A stretch of 64,000 bases of DNA from Anthoceros angustus (GCA_010909165.1 VJWM01000118.1:1-64000), one strand, 5' to 3'; shown: positions 12,794 to 26,943, counted from the stretch's first letter. Translations and numbers: made by a program. Notes: generated from the sequence alone by a model not told the origin.

Positions 12794-13617
12794 CTTGTGC
12801 ATGTGGTGACACCACTAACCGACTACAAACATTTGCGAACGTGATATGTCATGATCATGTTTCAACTACGACTGTATGCACATTTGGTGAGAGCGATTAG
12901 AAAAGAAAACAACAACTCGCTAAATTCCCATCAAAATAAAATGCCTCATTCAATCGGCGTCTAGCGGTATCGAGCGTGGTGAGTTTGAGAGTTCACAACA
13001 GAGCCACATAGTGCCGCAACCCAAAACCAAGTGTCGACACTGGACATCCGCCTGAATTCCCAAGCAAGCTGGCATTCACTAAACATACGCCGTGAGTTCA
13101 TCCCCTCCGCTCAAGAGACTCTCAAGACTATCCTAAGCCAAGCACGCTTGCCTCTTGTATTCCGCGCCTAGTTGCAGCCTCCCGCCGCCCTTCCGCCATG
13201 CATCGCCTTCCATCCTTTTCCATGATTGCGTTCCTGCCTCATCACCTCACCGCCTGCAAATCTCCTTGTTATGATCCAAAGAAATCATTGATAATCTCAC
13301 ACGACCTAGAAACCAATGGCTAACAATACATGACATTTCTAGATGTCAAGATATTACCGATATCCTCTCTATGTACATGGACTTGCCACAATGATCCCGA
13401 CACGTGACTCCGGCCTGGTATCGTGCAAAACAGCATTGACATCGGATAGCACAACATTTCCTGTTCTCACGCTTGTGCATGTGGTGACACCACTAATCGA
13501 CTACAAACATTTGCGACAACGTGACATGTCATGATCAACGGCTCAACCGATATGCACATTTGGTGAGCTGATTAAAAAGAAAACAATAATCCCGCTAAAT
13601 TCCCATCCCCCATTTCG
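12794..13617 (-). repeat. LTR-like 3' terminal region of the Gypsy element with a ~190-bp direct repeat pair
   Basis: cttgtgcatgtggtgacaccacta..cgactacaaacatttgcga..ctaaattcccatc occurs at ~12794-12932 and ~13465-13610. A purine tract GGGGATGGGAA on the minus strand at ~13603-13613 is PPT-like. True LTR limits are unresolved. Confidence 0.45.
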
Positions 13618-16119
13618 AAGCCAAGGCCAACACGAGAATCTTTCAACTAGAACTGCAGATCCCAAAGAGGTCGGGTGGTCTCTCCCAGCACAATACCACA
13701 ATCCTTCAGCACCTACATGGCGGAATGAGGCAAAATGATGAAAGCCTCGTTACAACCATCACAAAGCAACATGAGCTCGGGGTCATCCACCGTTGACAAA
13801 CTTGACATGGATAATCACTAGGTGGCACCCAATTATTTGACAATCGTGGGATCCAGTTAGGTAGATGGCAAGGAGCACAATTGGTCATGTGGTCTTGTAT
13901 AGTCCGCCATCTCCCCTAGCACCAACACACCGCTGGATCGAAGTTCCTTCACACCTTGCAAGCCGGTTAGTAGAAGGTTCTAATGTGTCGCTTTGTCTGA
14001 AGATAAACATAATCGCCAACATGGAACTTCCTCATCTTAGGTTGGAAATGCCCACTCCTGGTGTAAGCATAACGTAAAGAGTCCGGTGCTGAGCAATTTT
14101 CAAATTCGCCATCGCCATAGGCATGGCTCTGCGAAACAACACTGCTCTATCGCCAACAACCTTAGCCCAAGTGGCCGGATCATCCAGCTGAACCACCTGG
14201 TTCATTTCCTTGGCAATAGCAACCGGCGGGACCGGATCACGTCCAAACAAGAGAAAATACGGTGAAAAGTGAGCTAGCGAAGCGTGTTTGCTCATACGGT
14301 ACCCCATAGCCACATATGGCAAAGCCAAATCCCAGCCTGTCTTAGACATCCTGAGCAACAACTTACGTAGCCCTTGTTTGATGGTCTGAACAAGTCGTTC
14401 AGCCAAATCGTCGGCTTGAGGATGGTCTCTACTAGTGCATCGGTGATCGATGAATGCGAAGTCTAACAGATCTTGGAATTCTCCCTTCGTGCCTTGATCC
14501 AAACAAACACTCACTACCAAAGCGAGAACATGCTGCAAGAAGGCACGAGAAGTGCTTGGATGACTTGTCCGGTAGAGCCACAATTTCGCCCACTTGGAAA
14601 AATGTTCCACCATCACCATCACATACACGTTGCCGCGGCGTCTGGCAAATCTCCTATAAGATCACAAGACCATCGTAAAACAAACCCATAATGGGTAATG
14701 GCAGCTCCTGACTTGATGTTAAAAGAAGACTTCACTCTGTCACCTTGACAAGCCACCACGTCACGCATACATCCCAAACCAATGGAAATGAGGAGACAAT
14801 AAACTATATGTTCTTGACCCCAAAGTGACCCATGTCGAATGAGCACGCATGACCAAAGCTACTCGATCATGGTGTAGGCACCAGCGAGCCCGGTAGACAA
14901 AGTGCGGATCAAATAGCCATCTTTCCAACGATCGGCTGCTCACTCGATCCGATCTCGTTGAAGTCTTTGGCAATCAGTGAAACAATCCAGTTTGAAGAAA
15001 TGCATGTGATCATCTTCCCATATGTCGCATGTGCCGAAATCGTGATGGGTTCTCCATGTCCACACATAGATTCCGCAAACATGTTGTCTTGTATAAGAAA
15101 CTTGACCCATGATCTCGTCATGGTCCCGCCTAGCACACGTCTCATCCTCATCACAGGTCGGGATGTCGAAAGCACATCCGCATTCTGGTGTGTGATGCCG
15201 GGCGATGAACGACTTGGAAATCATAATCCGCAATGTCATTGCCCACCTTACTTGACCTTGCGAGCTTAGTATTCGTCATAAATAGCGTAAAGGGCGATGG
15301 TCATCACCAAAGTAAATGGCCGACCATACGGATAAGGTCCGAAATGGCAAATAGAGCAAACACTCCCCTTCATAGCTAGGATAATTGCTCTCGGCCTGTT
15401 GTTGCTACGTGGCGCATAGCGATAACACGCTCATGTCCTTCTTCGTCGATTGTGCAAGCACGGCTCAATACCTAAGCGACTCAATCCGTATGAAGCACAA
15501 ATGGCTTCTCGAAATCTGGGCCATCACGGTAGCTTGCATCACTGTTCTTCAACAATTCAAATGCTGTTGGCGATCCTCGTCAATCCCAATCACGCCCTTG
15601 CGCGGAGTTGTTAAGTGGCTTAGCAAGGCTGCTAAAATCTTGAATGTAAATTGGTAGTTACACAATCCCAAATAGGGCGCAATTCCGACACCACGGAGCA
15701 ATGTACCTCTAACACAGAACCTTTGCATGTGGCATGATACCGTTAGGCACAATCCTATGTCCCAAATAGGCGACAATATCCATGCAGCTCACACTTAGGC
15801 GGATGGCATTTGAGTCCGCCTTGCGGAGCCAAAATAGATCCTCTAAATGCCTCAAATGAGCCTCAAAATCCTTGCGGCACCTAAAGCACATCATCGATAT
15901 AGCAGCGTATGAGCCCTTGACAATACCTTGTCCATGATACGCTGAAATGAACAGTATTTCAAACCCAAACGGTATAAACAACCATTCCTATAGTCTGCCA
16001 TGTCAAACGGCCATAGCTACTGCCTCAGGATCGGGCCCGCCTCGCACTTTGGGCGCATTGCACAGAGTTGCTTTCACCGCCTCGTGACGACGACTATTTC
16101 TCGCCTTTATCCGACAGGC

Positions 16120-16930
16120 ATGTCGTGGAGTTGTTTGAGGTATTTGCAGCTTGAGGCCCTGCGTGCGGTGATTGCGATTCAGCGCTATTACTATTGTGAT
16201 AATCGCCTGGTCGTCAAACGACATCGTTTGCGAATTGTGGTTTTCTTCGCAATTTAATCACCCGCTGCAATCGTGCTTTTACTACCCCGCCACAAGACAT
16301 CCTGCTGATTCAATCCTCCCATGTTCAAGCTTTAGGACGTGGGACCTTGTGGTTGCATGGGAATGCTGTGCTCTCCGGATTTGGGATTGGCCTAGAGGAT
16401 TCGCGATCCGGATTGTTCTTACCTCTCGTAGCCGCTGCATGAGTTTCAAGTAATCTGCTGGTGGTTTACATGCCGGAAAACACTCGCATCTAGATTCTGC
16501 CTATGACGCCAATTTGGTGCATGTTCGGGCCCGCCCGGTTTTTGATGCCGCAGGTGAGTAGGCGTTTCATCGCCTTCACGCTTTTTGGACTAACGCTCCG
16601 GTAGTCCTTGTATTGTCTTTACATCATACTATTCGCCCCGCCGACGCCATGTGATGTGCTCAAGTTTATCACTCTCGACTCGCCATACCGAGAAAGCCCC
16701 ATGGTTTGCTACCAATGAGGTGGGTTATCCGCGACGACGCTGCCTACCCTTATTAGTTTCCTGTGGTCTTATGCGCGATCGTGAGAAGGCCCGGATTATT
16801 ACGCATTAAGAGACTTGCTGGAAAGAACCCACCATCAAGAGCTGGAACGATTATGGGGTTTGCGACTCACGGCATCGCTCCGGCGTTTCTATTGCCCGAT
16901 GTGAGCTCGGTCGCCATGGATTTACATGCT
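16120..16930 (+). pseudogene. Cytosine-5 DNA methyltransferase domain in Gypsy pol, copy 1
   Basis: Frameshifted VELF(G)GI..LEA..IAIQRYYYCD, DLVVA(G)WEC, GFGIGLEDSRSGLFLPL, VYM.EN, FDAA..HRL..FWTN, IMGFATH, AMDLH. Confidence 0.8.
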
Positions 16931-17199
16931 GGACCGCTCGCAAGACTGCTTGGCTTTCCAACTTTTTGTCGGGTCCTGGCTTTTGCGGGTTTGCGGTCAC
17001 AGTGTCATCCGCAGCTCATCCGCTTTTCTGTGCTTCGCAATTGCCCTTTTCAACCGGAAGTCGGGGAGTATGCATTTTAGAGATCATACATTTCACTGAT
17101 GATCCCGAGCGACTCGTTATTATAAGCAGTAAGAAATCGTATAAGACAAGGTGATTTCCTGGAAGATGGGTCCATAGCTGATGATGATCGCCGACGGCG

Positions 17200-17561
17200 A
17201 TTGCTTCAAGATAACATATCAAGATTGTTTTGTGTTCTCGATGAAGGACCTTGGTACTTGCAACGTTATGAAGTTCGGGTGCAAATTGACAACTAATGAG
17301 CCCATCTACCGACGCCGCATGTGCCCGGCCTCCGCACGGGAAATAGTCGATAAGCACCGCCAGAATCAGATGAGGCGATTGATTCGACCATCCACTTCTG
17401 ACTATGCAGCTGCAATTGTTCTTCCTCCTAAGAAGGACAGTCAGGGTTTATGGACAGAGAAACGCATGTGTGGTGATTATCGACCGATCAATGCTGTGAC
17501 GGCTCAAGATCGTTATCCGATGCCCACACCAGAGGAGCTATTTGATAGCATCGGACAGTCA
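17200..17561 (+). pseudogene. RT N-terminal part (inverted relative to the rest of pol), copy 1
   Basis: ORF 17181-17720: LIRPSTSDYAAAIVLPPKKDSQGLWTEKRMCGDYRPINAVTAQDRYPMPTPEELFDSIGQS, typical Ty3/Gypsy RT domains 1-2. Confidence 0.9.
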
Positions 17562-20172
17562 GCTCGAGCCTCAACCGACAACGAGGGTGACCTGACAATC
17601 ATCTCATCAACAGCAGCGGCACAAGCCTCCACCACTGGGTCAGAGTGCGTCACTTCATCGGCGGTCTCATCAACTTCTGAAAACAGCCATTGCTCATGCC
17701 GATCATCCTTGACCAACTAAGGAATACATCAGATTACAACATGGCGGCCGCCAACGACACTTCCACATCACATTGCGTTGATGCAAATCAAGTGGAATAT
17801 AGGCCAATCTCCTTGCCAATCAAGTCTGTAAAAGCTTGCTCGGTCCAATTATCAATGCCGACCCTGTGGGAACAAAAACTCGACCCAAAAGTACATCATA
17901 ATTGGTAGCGAGAAACCGCATAACGAACTCGAGGGTCACAAAGATTGACGATCGGTCAAGAGAAATAGATACTGGAAACACTGCCTCACCCTTGATGGGC
18001 TCCACTCCACATTCTCATACGGATGTTCCAGTGGAGAGTTAATGTGATCCCATCAATCGCAATCGAGCCCAAAGTCGACCAATAATAATGGCCGAGCACC
18101 GATCGAACAACACCATACGAGGTGCAACACCATTGATCATCACATGACCCAGTATTGTTCACCAATGCATGATTGACCCGAACTTTGCGATTTGTTGGTT
18201 GCACCAAAGATTGCCTTGAGTGGCAAGGGCCAACTGTGAAACCATCACCGGTTTTCCAGCAGCAAGTGGCTCAATCCAATCCAGCTCATTGGTAGCTAGA
18301 GCATCACTTAGTATTGTCTCACCAATAATCGGCTTGTTTAACTCTCACTACATGGTACAACTGGAACCGATGTAAAGGAAGCAACCCTGCAACCCCTATT
18401 CCCACCTCCTCAAGAGAAAATAAAGGCACATGCACCACCGTAGTGTGTAGCACTCCTCCCACGTCATGGAAGACAAACGAATAGGTTCACCTCCTTGATC
18501 TCTGGTGACTCACGTCCGGATATATGGCAAATGATCCGAACCACGCAATGGCGGAACTGACGCCAAAGGTACAGTGGCAAATGACTTAGGCATGACTGCC
18601 CTAGCTTGCTGCAACCTGATACTCTGCCGTGGGAGCCGAACCTCTGCCGTCATGCCGGCCAGCTCCTGACCTAACCAAGAGCAAGGTAACTCTGCTAGCA
18701 TACCGGGTGTGTGCACAGCGTGCTCTTGCTCCAGCATTTTCTTCGTCTCAGCCATCTTGTGAGCCATGCAAACATGATAAGGATCTCCATAATCTTCTCC
18801 CACACGTACATGCTCACCAAAGAATTATTATACGCCACCGCAAGGCGATAGCGGATTAGAGTCACAGATGTAGCCAGAATGCAAATTGCATGTGTCTCAT
18901 ATAGATCGAGAGCCTCATCTGCCATGTAACCAAGCAGTTGCTCAAACATGTAACGATCTCAGAAAAGCTATGCCATGCTTGAATTTCACACTGCTAGTAA
19001 GGAAGTTGAAATAGAGCCCGAATCACGCAAAGTCTCAGTCTACCAGAAACTTATCCGACGGCTGAAGAGAACCAAGATTGCCATGATTTTAGTCACCGAT
19101 TCCGCAGAAGAACCGACTGACCGCTAGCTTGTGATCTCAAATGGTGACCAGCCAACAGTGATACGTGCTGTTGAAGATGTCTCTTCAAGAACAAGCGCAT
19201 CGCCGCTTGTCAGAGGGTCTTCCACCGGATGCTCACACCACAGAATCGACGATTTTGTCATCCGCCTCTTTTGCGAGGTGTGCGAGCCATGCTCGAGCAC
19301 CTCCTTGACGTAATTGGTAACAAGGTGCCTCATCACTCCGCTCATCCGGCGCATCCGTCATGCACACAACAGGAACAATGATCAGAAACCGATTTCATCC
19401 AACAACTTGATTACCACATTCCCGTTTCACGCACATCGAATCCGGACCCTAATTCAAGGCTTTCAAGACCGTAACAAGGTCCTCAGCAGCTTGACATCAA
19501 GGTGATGTACATGCTGATTGGCGACTATTTTAGTGTGTTCCTTAGCAAAGCTATTTGGTCTTCTAATCTTTGTTTGATCTACTTTCTTTGCTTTTACGCC
19601 TCCCAAATGTCACTTCATTCATGTTCTTGATTCATGTTCACATCATAGCCTCACGGTGCATACGCCTAATGATCTATAAAGAAATAAATATAATAGTAAT
19701 GAAATAGTACTTAAAATACTAAAAATTTATATAAAATAGAAATAAATCATATACAAAAAAGAAATAGAACATATATTTAAAATAAAACTGATATGTCACT
19801 TCAAGTTACTTGAAATAATATTTACCGGAATCTAATAGTATTTGCTACCTTTGTGCCATTTTATAATTCTTTGCAAAACCGGGTCTTATTCATGAAGTTT
19901 ATATGAGAATTCTCCTTATGATCCTTCCTCGCAAAACTCGGTCTTATTCATGAAGTTTATGCGAGAATTGTTGCAAAGTTTTACTTCTTCCTCTCAAATC
20001 CAAGAAAGACTTGTCACGCTTTACTTCTTTCTCTCAAATCCATAAAAGACTTGTCATATTTACTGCTCTTTTATGTGTGCTTTTTTTTAGTATCTCACAT
20101 TCCCTTTATCATCTAATGGTAGGCGAGAGCTTAACGAACAAGAGACGATTAGGAAATATGAATACGAGACCA

Positions 20173-20263
20173 AGGGGACCACCATCTAAGCCTAAGTATT
20201 TCCTGACCAACAGCGCATAAGTATCGTGAGGGAAAGGTGAAAACAACCCTAGGAAAGGGAGTG
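20173..20263 (+). pseudogene. rrn26: Mitochondrial-type rrn26 fragment, copy 2
   Basis: Homologous to 1198-1291. Confidence 0.7.
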
Positions 20264-20502
20264 TTACTTAGAGTTACTTAAAATAGTATTTACTTAGATT
20301 AATATTACATATAGTCGTTAAAATAGCATTTAAAATACTTAGTACTTGAAATAGTCGTTACTTGATTAAAGCTACCCATCTAAAATGCCAATAAATCCCT
20401 TTTAAATAGGACTTCCATCGAGTTTGTATAAACTTTTTCTTAGTTACGTGACAAATAAACAAGGATATAGATATCGTTTTACAAGGCGAAAGTCATTGAC
20501 TC

Positions 20503-21298
20503 ATGAGTCATGCTTCAATGTCACTTGTAGCTTATTTGGCGCATCTTAGGCGAGGTGTGATGGAGTTTGAGGAGGATCGGCCGCGATGGACATTGATCGA
20601 TTACGAGGAGGGTGAGCCTACGGAGGAGAGTACGAGGAGGAGGACGACCACACGCGAGTAGTGAAGGGTCCTTGAGGATGATTACTACGTTCGTCACAGT
20701 GGATCATGATTGGGCATACTCGTCACCTTCGCTACACCCTATCAACATCTAGAGGACATGGAAAAGGTACACATATATCAAGAGTCCATGGAACACTCTT
20801 ATGCCCTTGTTTCCTATAGATTGTGTAGAACAACTCTTAGGTCGGCCTCGCTTCTAATCAATTCTACACCAAACCTCCTCTTGCAGTATATTGTCCCCAA
20901 ATCCCTAGGGAGATACGTGGGAGTTATGGTGCTCACAGGGCATCCACCAAGAAGAGGCTGGATTTGGTTTCTTTGAGACAACCCTCGGGAAATCGCATTC
21001 TCAGAGCCAAAGCCTCCATGTCTCATCTATTGAGGCGGAGTATGAGGCACTCTCGCGGTTTAAGCAAGGCTCTCCACTCAACGACATTGAAGCTTAAAGC
21101 TCATGCCGATGATGAATTTGTAGTCCGGAGCTTGGAGGGCGCCATGAACCGGACACAAAACTCAAAGATCCTTTGGGATCTACATATTGCGATCTTGGTC
21201 CGACTTAGGTTTTCAAGTCCTTTGAGATCAAGCAAGTTAGTCCTTACGAGGGGTTGAAGCAAAGGCGCTATCTTGCACTCTGTGCTATTATATCTTAA
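20503..21298 (+). pseudogene. RNase H1-like gene, copy R4
   Basis: Homologous to R1. Confidence 0.72.
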
Positions 21299-21511
21299 GT
21301 GAGGTATCCCAACTGCGTGACCTCAAAGAGATGGTGTACGTACTTCGAGATGGGAATGCGAAGTTGTGTCCTTAGAGTTATTAGGGCTTAGCTATGAACA
21401 ATGTCTAGTAGAAATGGTTTGTCCACATAAAGGGAATAATAGAATCGGGTTTTTGAGGGATTTTCTAATTGAAAAGTAGTGTTCTGGCGGTGCCACAACT
21501 TGCGAACCACT

Positions 21512-21654
21512 TAGGTGTAGAAACCCTATATGGGTGTAGAAACCCTATATGGGTGTAGAAACCCTATATAGGTGTAGAAACCCTATATAGTGTAGAAACC
21601 CTATAGGTGTAGAAACCTATATGGGTGTAGAAACCCTATATAGGTGTAGAAACC
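21512..21654. repeat. 19-bp telo-box minisatellite
   Basis: Tandem gtgtagaaaccctatatag/gg. Confidence 0.95.
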
Positions 21655-23024
21655 GGATGTTGCTCACTGCAGACAATTTTCATTGCAATAATATTATGCT
21701 TGCTTGGATATCCTTTTTGCCTAATGCCTTTGTGCTAATTCTTTTATGGATGATTGGGAACATGTCCGGATCACACTTGTTCCTTCCAATGCTCTCCTCT
21801 CTTACTTTTTATATTGGGCGACAAGTCGTTGGATCCGCTTCCTCTTTTTACAATTTGAGACAAGGCTTTAACTTTGAACCCATGATGGGAAGAAGATCTT
21901 TCTCTATCGTGTGTGTGCATTGTATACATGAGCGATGAGTTAATGCTTGACTAGTATTGTTGGACATGGTTACAACTATTTAGACTATTTCATCAAAAGC
22001 TTAGCATTTTGTTGAAAAGTAAGGAGGTGAACCCATCTACCATAAAAGACATCTTAGTAAGAAGAAGCAATTGAGCTCAATGTTTGTGCTTAATGGTCCA
22101 TAGTGGATTTTCTTCTTCTAAAAGCACTTACGACATGTTGGTTGTCATCACTTTCAGTTGTCACTCACAGGAACATTGAAAGAGTTGTTTTATCCAAATT
22201 TGTAGCAATTCTTTGGAGTCTTGAATATATCGATGAAATAAAGAAGCCCAATAAATATGTACAATTGTCTTCACACGGGGCTACATATGAGAGAAGGCTA
22301 TGCTCATGAGGGGCAAAAGCACGGGACTGGACTTTGGATTTCTCCCATGGGCTAGAATTACAGAACACACACTGCCAAAAAGGAGACTTGATAGAAACTT
22401 CCTTATTGCTCATAGAAAAACACATATAACAGTCACGACCATGCATGAATAGTGAACCCCGGGATGCGACCATAGACACAAAATTACAAGCCTCGGTGGC
22501 CATTAGGGAAGTTGAGTAGCGATAGTTCCTCTCCCTTAATTGCACCTTTCAAAATACTCAAAGGGATTGAAAGATCGACATAGCATAGATATTACTATGA
22601 GGTGACTTCAACAAATCTTGTAAGGGATGAGTTTGGTTAGGGGAAGTTGAGTAGTGTTTTCTCTTCCTTAATTGCATCTTTCTTGCAAAATACTCAAAAG
22701 AGATTGAAAGATCTGACATAGCATAGATATTACTATGAGGCTAGCTTCAACAAATCTTGTAAGGAATGATTTTGGTTTGGGGAAAATGAGTAGTGTTAGT
22801 TTCTCTTCCTTAATTGCATTTTTCTTGCAAAATACTCAAAAGGGATTGAAAGCTCTGACATAACATAGATATTACTCTGGGGCTAGCTTCAACAAATCTT
22901 GTAAGGGATGAGTTTGGTAGCTATTGTGAGGAAATATTACCGTAGTAGTGTCTGAGACATTGTGGACTGTGAGAAATCAAGCATCCAGAGTTCGATTAGT
23001 AGAGCCTCTACAATGGTTCGTCAG

Positions 23025-23061
<37 letters not shown>

Positions 23062-23557
23062 CTACAAAGGTAAGGAGTAAATAATGAAGAACAATAATAG
23101 CAATATTATATGTAAAATAAAACTTATATGTAGAATAGAGTAGACGTTATTAATATCGAGATGGGAAACTTATATGTTACTTAAAGTTACTTGAAATAGT
23201 ACATACTAAGATCAATATTACATACAATTAGTTAAAATAGCACTTAAAATATTTCATACTTGTACAATAATAGGAATCATATATATTCAAAATACAACTT
23301 ATATTACTTAAAATAGTATTTACTTAGATTAATATTATATATAGTAGTTAACTTGTACTTAAAATACTTAGTGCTTAAAATAGTCGTTACTTGATAAAAG
23401 CTACCTTTCTAAAAATGCCAATTCATCCCTTTAAATACGACTTCCGTGATCAAATATTGTAAAATCTTTTTATTAGTTACATAACTAATAAATGGAAATA
23501 CAAACACGCTTTGAACTTCCAACTTCCGAGAGCCAAGAAAGGCGCAAGTCACTCACC

Positions 23558-24365
23558 ATGAATCATGCTTCCACGTCATTTGTAGCTTATTTAGGCGCAT
23601 CTCGGGCAAGAGTGATGGAGTTTGAGGAGGATCGGGGCCGCGATGGACATTGATCAATTACGAGGAGGGTGAGCCTACGGAGGAGGAAGGAAATGCGAGG
23701 AGGAGGACGACCACCGCGAGTAGTGAAGGGTCCTTGAGGATGATTACTACGTTCGTGCGATGGATCATGATTGGAAGCATACTCGTCACCTTACGCTTTC
23801 TCGCCTATCAACATCTAGAGGACATGGAAAAGGTACACATATATCAAGAGTCCATGGAACACTCTTATGCCCGCTTGTTTCCTATAGATTGTGTAGAACA
23901 ACTCTTAGGCTTTCTAATCAATTCTACACCAAACCTCCTCTTGCGGTATATTGTCCCCAAATCCCTAGATGACGTCGTGGGAGTTATGGTGCTGGGGCAT
24001 CCACCAAGAAGGGCTGGATTTGGTTTATTCTTTGAGACAACCTCTGGAAATCGCATTCTCAGAGCCAAAGCCTCCTACATGTCTCATCTATTGAGGCGGA
24101 GTATGAGGCACTCCTCGCAGGTTTAAGCAAGGCTCTCAGCTCAATGCATTGAAGCTTAAAGCTCATGCCGATGGCAATTTGTAGTCCGGAGCTTGGGGAG
24201 GCGCTGAAGTACCGGACACAAAACTCAAAGATCCTTTGGGATCTACATATTGCAGTCTTGGTCCGACTTAGGTTTTTCAAGTCCTTTGAGATCAAGCAAG
24301 TTAGTCCTTACGAGGGGGTTGAAGCAAAGGCGCACTATCTTGCACTCCAGGCTATTATATCTTAA
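23558..24365 (+). pseudogene. RNase H1-like gene, copy R5
   Basis: Homologous to R2; the 3' frame reads ...FFKSFEIKQVSPYEGVEAKAHYLALQAIIS*. Confidence 0.75.
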
Positions 24366-26628
24366 GTGAGCTATCCCAACTATGTGTGACCTCAAAGAGA
24401 TGGTGTACCAGTACTTTCGAGACAGAATGCGAGAAGTTGTAGCGTTGTCCTTAGAGTTATTGTCAGGCTCAGCTATGAGCAATGTCTAGGTAGAAATGGT
24501 TTGTCCACATAAAAGGAATCGTGGGAATTGGGTTTTGAGGGATTTTCTAATTGAAAAGTAGTGTTCTGGCAGTGCCACAACACGAACCACTTAATCCTTA
24601 TGTGTTGTATCCATGGGGGCCACACAAGCATTTACCTTGAAAATGTGACATCTTGAGTGCACAAACTTGTTTGTGCACTCATAATCAGATTATGCATATT
24701 AAATGCTTGATATTTTTTAAGCGAGGACACTTTATAAGGTTTTAGGGTTAATGGAAAAACTCTTGTTTTGGTAACATCTAGCGATCCAACGCCAATAGTG
24801 CAGCAAGATCGCCTTTGTGGATCTACCCTAAGATCCAAGGATTATCGATTAAGAAACATCCTTGGAGGTCGATGAAATGCAATGCCAAGTTCCGCCTCGC
24901 TTTGGTCCATTCCATTTATCGTGATCGGATATATCGAGTAGGATGGCTTGTACACTTGATCTGATTACTTAGGTAGCTTCGTTTGTTCTGCTTTAACTCT
25001 AAGCAGGCGCGCGCTTCCATCTCAAGTCTTTACCTTGAGACAAAAGCATTGATGTCAAATCCATGTGCACAAACAATAATATGATCAACCTCTAGCAAGG
25101 TGCCCAAGCGACTTTTTGCTCTCCTAGACATTACTCTTGTTTGCGCATCAATCGGCCAGGAGTGCCCAAACTTGATTGCACCCTGGACATTAAGCCAACA
25201 TGGTGCAAGCATGACCACTCTAGTCAATGCTTCTTATTTTGGTTGTATTTAGTATGCTATTTTTAGTAGCAAGTGCGGTTGTGCACCACAAAATTTTGGC
25301 ATTTTGTGCTTTTGTTTGTGTTTTTGAGTTTTGTAGTTTTGAAGGGTTCGTTTTGGCGTTTCAACCCTCCTAAGCCTTCTAAAATGATGTCTGAATATGT
25401 TAACCCATTTGTGCACCTCCTTTCCTTCTTGTCCTCATCGTTTTCTACCTTGAACAATTCTGCGGACCTCCAGATCTTGAGACTTTGGCGTGGGCCCGAC
25501 CACAAGTGCGTCCTATCAATCTCATTCTTTGCGTGCCACGTGGAGCAAGAGTCTCGGGTCGGGGAATGATATTATCGTTCCAATGTCTAAGAGACAAGGT
25601 CAAGAAAATTTCCCAAAGGGAGAGTAGTGTTAAGGCCCGTGCAAGGGAAGATCTAGAGCGTCGTAAACTTGTGAATAAATAAGGTCATTCACACGAGAAG
25701 TAAAACAAAATTTTGGAACAAGTATAACATATCATCGAATACTAAACTTTGAAAACCCTTCTATTTATTCATGAGGGTCACCCGAGAAACCCATTTCTAC
25801 CAAGACACCCATATGAATCTTTTAGGGTTGTGCAGCGTTGTTTTGTGCATGTTTGGGACGAATGCCAAGGAAAGCCATGGTCAACTAAAGGTAAAAGAAA
25901 AACTTTGAGTGCTTCATCTATGCGTGCAGTGGTGAGCTGCTCAGAGAGAGGTCTTCACAAGCCATTGTTGAAGCAACCGTTGCTCCAATAGTGGCCCGCA
26001 TAGGTGTGCATAAGTGCACTTATGCACACCTCCAAGATTAAAACGAAGTTTGACATTCAGTTTTGTTGAGATGCGGGCGTTGGGCATTGAAGATTTGACG
26101 AGCATAGATATTACTCGAGGCTAGCTTCAGTAAATCTTGTAAGGGATGAGTTTGGTTGCTCTAGATATGTGAGGAAGCTCGTGAAATGCTCTCTTGATGG
26201 TTAAGGTGTCTGCTTGTGACTTTTGGACTAGCCCATAAGTGTATCTTGTGTCCAAAGTAGGAAGAAGCTCCTCTTGTTGTTAAAGTCATCCTTACACACT
26301 TCTCTCAATATTATCCGAGTATGAAGAGTTAGGAACAGATCGCCCACTGCCTGACTCTAGGGGTTTAAAATAAATTATATATTTATAATTATAGAAGTAA
26401 GAAGTAAATAATAAATTATAATATACAAATAATATATTTAAAATTATAAATATTAACTAAAGTTGTTTACAATATAATTTACTTTTATTTATATTCTATA
26501 AATATGACTTCCTGCAATCAAAGTTTATATTATTTTACGTAACTAATAAGCGAGGATATGGATCGTTTGAGCGTTTAAACTTCGACTTCTCACAGGAGGA
26601 AGGCGGAGTATGAGGTAATCTGCTCACC

Positions 26629-26889
26629 ATGAGTCATGCTTGGATCACTTGACTTATTTGCGCATTTCGTAGCGAGATGGAGTTTGAGGCGTTGACCGCA
26701 ATGGATATTGATGAGCATTGCGAGGAGGGCGTCTGAGGAGGAAAATGCGAGGAGGAGGAGGACACGCCAGAGTAGTGAAGGGTCCTTGAGGGCGATTACT
26801 CATAGTCTGATGGATCATGATTGAAGCATACTCGTCACCTTACGCCCGTGCACCCTATCAACATCCGGACGACATGGAAAAGGTACATA
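26629..26889 (+). pseudogene. RNase H1-like gene, copy R6, 3'-truncated
   Basis: Same breakpoint as R3. Confidence 0.7.
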
Positions 26890-26943
26890 TGCAAAAGCAT
26901 TGGACATCGGAATAGCACAACATTTCCTGTTCTCACACGACAT

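Larger units (their letters stand above)
556..19525. repeat. Segmental tandem unit 1 (~19 kb)
   Basis: Block starting ...ttttagtg(tg)ttccttagcaaag at ~556 recurs at ~19526 and ~40331, with the same order of sub-elements (rrn26 fragment, RNase H-like paralogues, minisatellite, solo-LTR-like element, Gypsy). Confidence 0.9.
13620..19525 (-). mobile_element. Ty3/Gypsy LTR retrotransposon with C5-DNA methyltransferase and PHD finger, copy 1 (degenerate, 5'-truncated)
   Basis: Minus strand: gag-like ~19500-18500, protease ~18240-17800, RT/RNase H ~16000-15290, integrase (VEHFSKW..DQG..HPQAD.LAERLVQTIK) ~14900-14030, PHD ~13850-13640. Internal segment 16016-17561 is on the plus strand. Confidence 0.92.

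Noticed and set aside
13410-13430. tRNA-Met primer-binding site (TGGTATC)
   Set aside because: It is on the wrong strand for the minus-strand element, not preceded by an LTR-terminal CA, and the match is only 7 nt.
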